Source: Eledone cirrhosa (taxonomy: Eukaryota). From it: a stretch of 64,000 nucleotides of DNA. Positions 51,951 to 64,000 of the stretch are shown in pieces. The stretch is from positions 83,080,001 to 83,144,000 of the forward strand of contig OZ024745.1 in the NCBI GenBank assembly GCA_964016885.1, in the 5' to 3' direction. A program made the position numbers and the translations under genes. How positions within the stretch are numbered: position 1 is the first letter of the stretch; each line of letters opens with the position of its first letter. Below the pieces are notes generated by a model. It ran no database searches. It saw only the letters and a list, made by a program, of their open reading frames with translations, and had not been told where the DNA came from.

Positions 51951-54678
51951 ATCCCCCTCCTTCCACCCTGCTATCTCCCCTCCGCCCTTCAACTCTCCTA
52001 CCTTCTCTTCGCCAAAACCCGGCACTCCAGCCACATCCATTTCCTCAGCCACTGCCACCGCCTCCACCTTATCCCCCGTCTACACTTCCACCCCTCCCCC
52101 GCTGCTTCCCCCTCCGCGCAACGTATCCTCACCCGATCCTCACGCCTTCTGATGCGCAACTCCATCCGCGCCTCCCGTTTCACCCTCCGCCTACTTGACC
52201 ACCAACTGACCCCCACCCTCCTCCGCCTTTACTCCACCTGCCTCCCCCTCCTCGCCCAAGCCATCCTCTCCTTCATCCACAACCTCAACCACAACCTCTT
52301 CTCGTTCCTCAGCTCCACCAAAGCCCACAAGCTACACTCACTCCTCCCAACCCCCCTCCCATCCACCACCACCCGCCCATCCCCATACGCCCACCACTTC
52401 CCACCTCTCCTCCGACCCCCACCCCCACCCAATCTCCACCCCTCACCACGCCCTCCCTTCCCTCCCCAAACACCCAAACCCCACCCCTTGTTGTCACCAT
52501 ACCCCCTGACCTCCCCCTCCGCACCTGAGCGCTCACTCCTTAGTAGAGGCCTTCGCTTCATACCCCACACTCCGCTCAGCGACGAGTTCCGCACCCGAAC
52601 GGAAGTCGAGCGATTCGTGCGACGCACTAAGCTACAGGCACATTTCAGCCGAACGCCACCGGCTCCGGACGCCCCAGACCCGTTTCTCGCTCTCGACCGA
52701 CGACCATCTTCTTGGACGCCGGCCCCAGGGCAATTTAGCACCATGGACGCCTTCGTCGATGCCAGCCGTAGCGCAGTAAATCGTTTCGACTTCCGCCACC
52801 GTTCCAAACGGCACAACATCTCACGGGGCGAACTCCTCGCTCTCCGCTCCCTCCGTAGCCGAGATGACATCGTCATCAAACCGGCGGACAAGGGAGGCGC
52901 CGTGGTGGTATGGCGCAGGGACCTCTACACGGCCGAAGCCCTCAGGCAGCTCTGTAACCCCCTCTTTTACCGCCCTCTACCCTCCGATTCCACCCCCCTC
53001 TACCAACAACAAGTCTCCTCCACCATCAAAGACCTTATGGCCTCCTCCCTCCTCCCCCCACCGCTTCCCACCTCATCGTCCGCACCCCCCGCACCCCCAC
53101 CATCTACTTCCTCCCCAAACTCCACAAACCCGACAACCCCGGCCGCCCCATCGTCTCCGCTTGCAACTGCCCCACCGAACTCATCTCCGCCTTTCTCGAC
53201 TCCCTCCTCGCCCCCCTTGTCACCACCCTCCCCTCCCACATCTCTGACACCAACCACGCCCTGCGCCTTTTCGACTCCTTCACCTACCTACCCGGCCCTC
53301 AGCCATTCCGCTTCACTCTAGACATCAAGTCCCTCTATACCGTCATCCCCCACGCCGACGGCCTTCGCACCCTCAAACACTACCTCGACCTTCGCCCCTC
53401 CCCCATTCCCTCCACCCCCACCCTCCTTCGCCTCGCCGAGCTGGTCCTCACCCTAAATTGTTTCTCCTTCTCGGGTGAGTTTTACCAACAGGTCACGGGG
53501 GTAGCCATGGGCACAAGAATGGGCCCGAACTATGCCAACCTTTTTGTTGGCCATGTTGAGGCCCAAATTTTTGCCCAGTACACCGGCCGAACTGTACGGT
53601 CATTACATTGACGACTGTATCGGAGCCACGACCCTCACCCGAGTACAGCTCGACTCCTTTCTCTCCTTCTTCTGCTCCTTCCACCCCTCCCTCCACTTCA
53701 CCACCTCTATCTCCACCACACACGTCCACTTCTTGGACATCTCCGTCGCCTTCGACCCCTCCCACCACTCCCTCGTCACCTCCGCCTTCTTCAAACCCAC
53801 CGACTCCCACTCTTACCTCGACTTCACCTCTTCCCACCCCACCCACACTAAACTCTCCATTCCCTACTCCCAACTTCTCAGGATCCGCATCCTCTGTAGC
53901 CGAGATGATGACTTCGAGTCCCAGGCCTTTTCCCTAGTCAGCCATTTCATCCGCAGAGGTTACCCCCCCTCTCTCGTCCACACCGCTCTCACCCGCGCCC
54001 GTGCTATCCCCCGCTCCACCACCCTCACCCCACGCCACCGCACACCCACCCACCGTCTCCCCTTCCCCATCACCTACCACCCCTCCACCTTACCCCTCCA
54101 CCGCACCATCCGCCGCCTCTTCCGACACCTCCAGTCCGACCCCTCCACCTCCCACATCTTCCCAACCCCACCACTCCCCTCCTTCAAACGCGCACGCAAT
54201 CTCCGCACCCTCCTCGTCCACAGCTCCCCCCCCCCCCCCCCCACGCTCCGTCCCCCCCCCCGGTTCCTTCCCCTGTTCTAGGCCCCGCTGCAACACCTGT
54301 CCCCACATCACCAACACCACCACCTTCCAGGGTCCCAACGGCCACCCTCTCTCGGTCCGGCATGCCTTCCGCTGCACCTCCTCCAACCTAGTCTACGGAC
54401 TTCGTTGCACGAGGTGCAGCGCGACTTATATCGGACAGACGGGACGCCGCCTGGCGGACCGAGTCAAGGAGCACCTCCGGGACATTCGTCTCGGGGGCAT
54501 TTCCCCCATCGCCCGCCACTTTGGTGGCCCTGGACACTCCGCACGCCATCTCACAGTCTGTGGCCTACTCCAGTGCCACGGAACACCCGCCCATCGCCTT
54601 ACGGTCGAACAACGAACTATCTTCATTCTTCAGACCCACACTCCCCCCGGCCTGAACTCCCCACCCTTATTCCTTTAG
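51951..54678 (+). pseudogene. PLE RT + GIY-YIG endonuclease ORF with about three frameshifts
   Basis: LLSRGLRFIP, IVIKPADKGGAVVV, DIKSLYTVIPH, GVAMGTRMGPNYANLF, YIDD, FLDI, KPTDSHSYL, CSRPRCNTC, LVYGLRC..C..TYIGQTGRRLADRVKEH, PPGLN. Confidence 0.92.
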
Positions 54679-56021
54679 CGTTCGACCGCCCCCTCCCCGA
54701 CACTTATCCTCCACTAACACCACTAACACACCCCTCCTTTTCACCGCCCACCCCACACTAACAATACTAACACCTCCACTCCACCCCTCATCTGACCACC
54801 CTTCCCCAACTAACATACTAACATCCCTTCCCTCCCCTCTTCTCCTCCTCCCCCCTCCTTATCACACGCACACACGCACCCACTTACACCACCCACCCCA
54901 CACGCAACTAACATCACTAACACCCTCCAACTCCACGCACACGTACCCACACACCCTCGTACACCACCAACTCTACACACCCTACCCCCACTAACCCCCA
55001 CTCACACCTGCATTCCACCCCTCCCCACCTCCCGTATACTAACACCCACTAACCCTCTTCACCAAACTACACACACACCAGTACACCACACCCCCTCCAT
55101 AGAACCACACACACCCTTCTCTCCCCGCTCCACACTCACTCATCCCACTAACACCCCTACTAATACACACACACACACACACCCTCCTCACTCCAACTCT
55201 CACACCTACCCATCCTCGCCTCCCTACCATTCCGCCGACTGCTGCTATGCCCTTCCGACCACTGTCTCAGCACCAACTGACCACAGCACTTCCACTGCTG
55301 ACCACTTCCTGTTGCGCGCGCACCCCACATCTCTCCTCTTCCGACCACCGCTTCTTGGATTACCCACACGCGTTTTGACTTCCAACCAAAATCTCCATAC
55401 ATCCGTGTAACTTACCACTTTTCAACCATCCTCTTACACCATCACCTATATAACTCACCCTCACACACGCCCCAAAACAATTTTTTTTATCCACACGCCA
55501 CCCACACCCACAGCACGCTTAAACCACACACACGTGCTTCCCACCACATATTTACACCCTCAGCCCCCTGATTCCTCTCCCCCCACCCCCCTATCCACAC
55601 ACGCACAGACCCTCCGAGCCACAAAAACACCCCCCACACACACCTTCCTGAACATGCAACCCCGTTCTTCCCCCAACCCTCACTTTCACATACACACACA
55701 CACACACACACGCACACCTAACCACACACACCACCTTCAGCCCTCCCCGCTCGGACACCCCGTCTCCCTCTCCCCACTCCACCCGCCACCACCTCTACTC
55801 ACCCCACACCCTTCCACCACCTGTTTACCCCCCTTTTAATTTCAGTTTATTTTGATCATGCCTATATTTTTAAATTTTCTCATTCCTTGTATTTTGATCA
55901 TGCTTTATTTTTATTTATTATTTATTATATTTTTGTCTTTATTTGTTAATTTTTCATTCGCACCGTTTCCTTTCGCTATATGTCTCTCCACCACTCCCCT
56001 ACACACCTTTTGAACTCTCAC

Positions 56022-56049
56022 CTGAAGAAGGGCTTATGCCCGAAACGTC
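56022..56049 (+). ncRNA. Hammerhead core + stem II (family D) in PLE 3' UTR
   Basis: CUGAAGA A GGGC-UUAU-GCCC GAAACGUC; stem I not evident. Confidence 0.55.
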
Positions 56050-56170
56050 GTCCCCCACCTACCCCCCACTCTCCTGAGCGTGAATTTAATAAACATTTAT
56101 CGTACTGCCTCTCTGTTCTGTCCCTGTTCAATTTTTCATTATATATATATGTATATATATATGTATATAA

Positions 56171-56220
<50 letters not shown>

Positions 56221-56279
56221 GTATATATACACATATATATATATATATATATATACATATATATATACATATATATATT

Positions 56280-56314
<35 letters not shown>

Positions 56315-56367
56315 TTATACATATATATATATTTATATACTTATATATAACATGTATATATATACAC

Positions 56368-56436
<69 letters not shown>

Positions 56437-56447
56437 TATATATATAC

Positions 56448-56536
<89 letters not shown>

Positions 56537-56549
56537 TATATATATACAC

Positions 56550-56580
<31 letters not shown>

Positions 56581-56688
56581 CGCATATATATATATACATA
56601 TATATACGTTATTCCGGGTTGAATCGGAGGTAACCACAGTAAGTAAGGTACTCAATACATAGCAGAGTATAACAGTTTTAATATAGAT

Positions 56689-56732
56689 GAGATTCTACAG
56701 GACTAGAACTGTTTCATTCATTAGAAATCATC
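56689..56732 (-). ncRNA. 5'-truncated hammerhead (family B, second copy)
   Basis: GAUGA UUUC-UAAU-GAAU GAAACAG-UUCUAGUC-CUGUA GAAUCUC; CU and the 5' strand of stem I are replaced by (TA)n. Confidence 0.55.
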
Positions 56733-56780
56733 TATATATACATATATATATATATATACATATATATACATATATATATA

Positions 56781-56953
56781 TTCTATTCTAAGGTGGGTAA
56801 AATTCCTGAGATCCATGGACGGTTCTCTCCAGCGGTCTGTGTTCCTCATTATAGCTGCCATGTCCTGCGCCTTCAATAGACCAGTGTCTGTCCTTAGGGC
56901 ATCAACATACGTTAACCTTGGTCTTCCTCTTCTAGTGTGTCCATGTAGGGCTC

Positions 56954-56955
<2 letters not shown>
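56781..56955 (-). mobile_element. RTE 3' fragment in (TA)n
   Basis: [17 protein letters not shown]..; homologous to 14580-14750; ends TAGAATAGAA. Confidence 0.82.
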
Positions 56956-56997
<42 letters not shown>

Positions 56998-57024
56998 ATA
57001 CATATATGTTTATATACATATATG

Positions 57025-57081
<57 letters not shown>

Positions 57082-57120
57082 GTATACATATATGTATATA
57101 TATATGTATATATATATGTA

Positions 57121-58938
<1,818 letters not shown>

Positions 58939-58940
58939 GA

Positions 58941-59588
<648 letters not shown>

Positions 59589-59659
59589 TCTTTTATTTGC
59601 CACAAGGGCATCAATAGATTTATAAATATACACGGGTGTGTATGATTGTGTATAGAAGC

Positions 59660-59907
59660 TTATATTAATTAGAGGAATTTCAACTTTGTCTGATTTACTC
59701 GTTTTATTTACAACTGTGTTGAAAATTGCAAACTTGACTGTCACCACATATTATGAACCTGAAGATTGCGAAAGCGTGAAAGTACTTTTTCAATTAACAC
59801 TTAGAATTTAATATTCTATCATACTATTTCATTATAATACCATTATAAATTTTAAAGGATTGTAAATAAAACGAGTAAATCAGACAAAGTTGGAATTCCT
59901 CTTATTA

Positions 59908-59912
<5 letters not shown>
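59660..59912 (+). mobile_element. ~250-bp cassette with ~53-bp inverted termini enclosing a hammerhead motif
   Basis: 59660-59713 is the reverse complement of 59860-59912. Confidence 0.7.
59754..59792 (+). ncRNA. Minimal hammerhead motif (family F)
   Basis: UGAAC CUGAAGA UUGC-GAAA-GCGU GAAA GUAC UU UUUCA; palindromic loop III, imperfect stems. Confidence 0.55.
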
Positions 59913-59964
<52 letters not shown>

Positions 59965-60110
59965 TTTTGAGTTTATGTTGGTTGTATACCAACACCTCAG
60001 TATGCAGGCTGGAGCACTCGACGAAGTGCGCAGGTTGGTTTGGTTACTCCGGAGTAGTGTAAAATAAAGTTAAATAAAAGTCAAATGATTAAAATTTAGC
60101 TTCGTTTATT

Positions 60111-60165
60111 ACTGCTATATATATTTCAGTGACAGCCATCTTTGGCTGTGACCTCTTCAGGCAGT
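60111..60165 (-). ncRNA. Minimal type I hammerhead ribozyme motif (family A), intact
   Basis: ACUGC CUGAAGA GGUCACAGCCA-AAGA-UGGCUGUCACU GAAAU AUAU AUA GCAGU; perfect 5-bp stem I. Confidence 0.85.
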
Positions 60166-60284
60166 TTGAATTAGTATGGTATAGACAAGTACATATGTTA
60201 TTTAGGTGTATGATATTGTCAATACTCTGATATGCCCAGTTCCTTGTTGGGTTGTTAATTCACTGGGGAACTGGAGTCATATAT

Positions 60285-61265
<981 letters not shown>

Positions 61266-61342
61266 GTATATATATAAATATATATATATATATAAATATT
61301 AGTTTTGCGAGGTTTTTTATATGAAATCGTGTGTCGAAACAG

Positions 61343-64000
61343 ATATTGTTATATTTGGGGAGGGTCATATTTGCGTAATATTGCCAGAATTAATAACAGA
61401 ACACACTCACTGTTTGGTTGGTTTTCGCTTCTCGCTGTCTTTTATATATATATATCTGCGATCTAACTTACTCGGTCCTCAATGTTGCCATTGACTGACC
61501 GGCGGTCAAAAATAATACAGATACAATATAGACAAACACATATATATATAGTTTACATAAATCTTTCGTTGCACATCTGCAACATCGTCAGTGGTGTTAT
61601 ATTCATTGTTCCTCCTGTTGTGTTGTATGTCTACGCCATTTTTTTTTTTGTTCAGTCTGTCTATATATTTATTTATTTATTTGCTTGTTTGTTTATCTTA
61701 TTTTATTTTGTCTTCTTTGCGCATGCGTTTGCGTGTGTGTATAGTGTTATGTGTGATGTGTGACTAGTGTGTATAGTGTTGTGTCTGCTGGGTGACTAGT
61801 GTGTGTTTATGTGCTTGTGTATGTATTTATTTATCTTATTTTATTTAATTTAATTTACTTATTTATTTATACTTCTCTTAGGTCAGTGTTGTTTGTTTGG
61901 GTGTTGTTGTTGTTCCACTCATTCTTTCTGTTTAGCTTTGGTCTTCTAATTTCTATTTCACTGGCCTCTCTGATTTGCCTATCTGCTGGGTCATTCCTAT
62001 GTTTAGATATTATTCTAATTTCTATGTTGTCTATGTTACCGTCATGATGTTGTCTAGCATGTTCGTATAGTACTGACCCGTTTTTTCGTCCTTTTAGTTC
62101 CCCCCAGTGTTGGTCTATCCTTTCACCTATGCTACGAGCTGTCTCACCTATGTATGTTGTTGTCGTGTTTCTGCAAGTACCCTCTGTACATCTTATGCTA
62201 TAGACTACGTTTCTAGTTTTACAGTTTATCCGGGGGTTCACCTTACATATGATACATTTCCTATTGGTACAGTGGGTTTTCTTAAAAGGGTAGGTTTTGC
62301 TGATCAGGGATTTTATGGTGGTTCCTGGCTTTTCTACCACCTTTATTTTTAAGTGGGTCTTTCTCAGGGCCTTTCTACACTGGTTAGCTAATTTCCCTCC
62401 AGGGGTGGCGTCCACAAACATGACACTCTGATATCTCTGGTTGTCGTACCATGATGTGGCCTTCCCTATCTTATGTCTAGCCCTATCTAAGCTATTCCAT
62501 GATTTGCTCCTGTATAGTGGGCAAATTCCTTTCATGTCCAGTTCTATGAGGGTCTTATACTTTTCCATGGCTCCTTCGTATACTCTGACTCTGTCTCTTT
62601 GGTTGTAGCCAGAGAACTGCATGCGGTTGATGAAGTGTTGGATGTGTCCTTCCATTTCTGTTGGGTCGCACATGCTGGACACATTCTTCATCACTCGTAC
62701 CAAATCTGCGATCAGAATATTAAACTTAGCACTACTGGACATTGCTGAGTTTTTGAGTATCAGGTATTTGGAGGCCATGGGTTTAGCATAGTGTGAGTGG
62801 AGAATTTGGGCTCTCTCGTCTATAGTGTTAATCCAGAGTTCTGTGTCTAATACAGGTAGTCTATTGTTAGGGTGTTTGGAAGGGAAGTCTATAGTTACAG
62901 TTATACTCTGGTGTATGGAATTAGCTATCTGCTGGATGCTTTCCATCGTGCTACGTTCTAAATCAAACTTGTTAGTGCTCTCTAGTGGGGGTGTTCTTAT
63001 AACTATATTGATATCGTCTACATAACGAGAGTACATGATGAGGTCTATGGAGCTTTCATTAAGGAGATCTTTAAGTCTCCTTTCCCACCATACCATGAAA
63101 AGGTTGGCAACATCGCCAGCTATGCTGACGCCGATGGCTGCTCCCTCATTTTGGGTGTAGATTTTCTCATTGAACTTAAATATGTGGCCCTTTAGGGTAG
63201 TTTTGATACTAGCCCCTATTGCATGTGCGACCATTTTTCTTACCTGATCAGTGTTTTGGGGGGTCCGTATAGCTTTGGTCCACCCAATCCACCTTCCTAT
63301 GGGAGTCTTTTTAGCCATTGAGGTTATGGTGGGGGGTCTACCTCTTATAGGTCTACTAGGGCAGAAACATCTAAGGTCATGGCTGTCTAGGTAGTCAGTG
63401 TCGTAGGTAAGTCTAAGTAGGAGGCCCAGTTCGTCTGTGTCGACGTCGCAGAACTCCACCTCACTCTCAATGATCATCTCCACACATCTTTTCACAGCAA
63501 AATCAATGTTAATGGATGGGTACAGTGACACCACATCCATGCTGCCTATTATGCAGTTGGATAGGCTCCTGTTTTTGTTGCACTCACTGATTCTGCTGAG
63601 AAGGTCCTCTGTACTTTCACATACATCTGGGGACATCTTGATTATGGGGCGTATAACCATTGAGAGGAAGTAGGAGATCCTGTAGTTGCTAGCTATATTA
63701 GCTCCGCATACAGGTCTTGTTGGTGGTCCTGTTGTCGGGTCGTCGACTGTCTTGTGGTCTTTGCGGAGCCCATACAAGGGTGGTATGCCATTGTTAGACG
63801 CCTGGAAGTTGTTGGCAGTGCGTCTGCTTGGCTTTAGGATGTCAGTCCACATCATCATGTGAGCGTTGAGGATTTTTTCTCTCCCATCGTGTGTTAGTTG
63901 TGTTAGTTGTGCAACTTCGCTCGTGTTGGTGATGTGGGGTTGCATTGCCTCGATGTAGTTCGGCATGCTATCTATTGACATCCTACCAGACTTATCTGTG
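61343..64000 (-). mobile_element. Penelope-like element (tentatively Nematis-like), continuing beyond the window
   Basis: Open ORF plus ~520-bp 3' UTR with hammerhead core CUGACGA U GUUGCA-GAUG-UGCAAC GAAA at 61554-61595. Confidence 0.92.
61867..63999 (-). CDS. PLE reverse transcriptase + GIY-YIG endonuclease, uninterrupted, N-terminus outside the window
   Basis: TDKSG at the window edge, LYGLRKDHK, PTRPVC, SMDVVSLYPSI, QNEGAAIG, YSRYVDD, LPVLD, VVYSIRC..YIGETARSIGERIDQH, REA..I..LN. Confidence 0.93.
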   Translation of the reverse strand, partial: TDKSGRMSIDSMPNYIEAMQPHITNTSEVAQLTQLTHDGREKILNAHMMMWTDILKPSRRTANNFQASNNGIPPLYGLRKDHKTVDDPTTGPPTRPVCGANIASNYRISYFLSMVIRPIIKMSPDVCESTEDLLSRISECNKNRSLSNCIIGSMDVVSLYPSINIDFAVKRCVEMIIESEVEFCDVDTDELGLLLRLTYDTDYLDSHDLRCFCPSRPIRGRPPTITSMAKKTPIGRWIGWTKAIRTPQNTDQVRKMVAHAIGASIKTTLKGHIFKFNEKIYTQNEGAAIGVSIAGDVANLFMVWWERRLKDLLNESSIDLIMYSRYVDDINIVIRTPPLESTNKFDLERSTMESIQQIANSIHQSITVTIDFPSKHPNNRLPVLDTELWINTIDERAQILHSHYAKPMASKYLILKNSAMSSSAKFNILIADLVRVMKNVSSMCDPTEMEGHIQHFINRMQFSGYNQRDRVRVYEGAMEKYKTLIELDMKGICPLYRSKSWNSLDRARHKIGKATSWYDNQRYQSVMFVDATPGGKLANQCRKALRKTHLKIKVVEKPGTTIKSLISKTYPFKKTHCTNRKCIICKVNPRINCKTRNVVYSIRCTEGTCRNTTTTYIGETARSIGERIDQHWGELKGRKNGSVLYEHARQHHDGNIDNIEIRIISKHRNDPADRQIREASEIEIRRPKLNRKNEWNNNNTQTNNTDLREV

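Larger units (their letters stand above)
51951..56140 (+). mobile_element. Near full-length C-rich Penelope-like element (Neptune-like)
   Basis: ORF to 54678, ~1.45-kb 3' UTR with hammerhead core and AATAAA; flanked by (TA)n. Confidence 0.92.

Overview
Eukaryotic, AT-rich DNA made almost entirely of transposable elements; no host protein-coding gene is supportable. The SINE family and (TA)n load resemble octopus/cephalopod genomes, which is inference only. 1-20.4 kb is a nest of non-LTR retrotransposons strung along (TAA)n tracts: five minus-strand L1/Tx1-clade copies, two plus-strand R4/Dong-like copies, a twin-primed RTE copy and SINE fragments. 20.4-64 kb holds at least five Penelope-like elements (one with an uninterrupted RT+GIY-YIG frame running off the window end), tRNA-SINE clusters, a head-to-tail Helitron dimer, many fold-back structures and long (TA)n tracts. 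Two systems stand out. (1) A shared ~22-nt 3' tail (CCTTGT-G..CAA..AAAC then ATT repeats) links the Tx1 LINE, the tRNA-SINE, the LINE's own 5' leader and a fourth element, with strict polarity at ATT repeats. (2) About 12 hammerhead-ribozyme motifs in about 7 sequence families occur, several in non-coding cassettes. Coordinates were read by eye and may be off by a few bases. Most ORFs in the supplied track are antisense or microsatellite artefacts.
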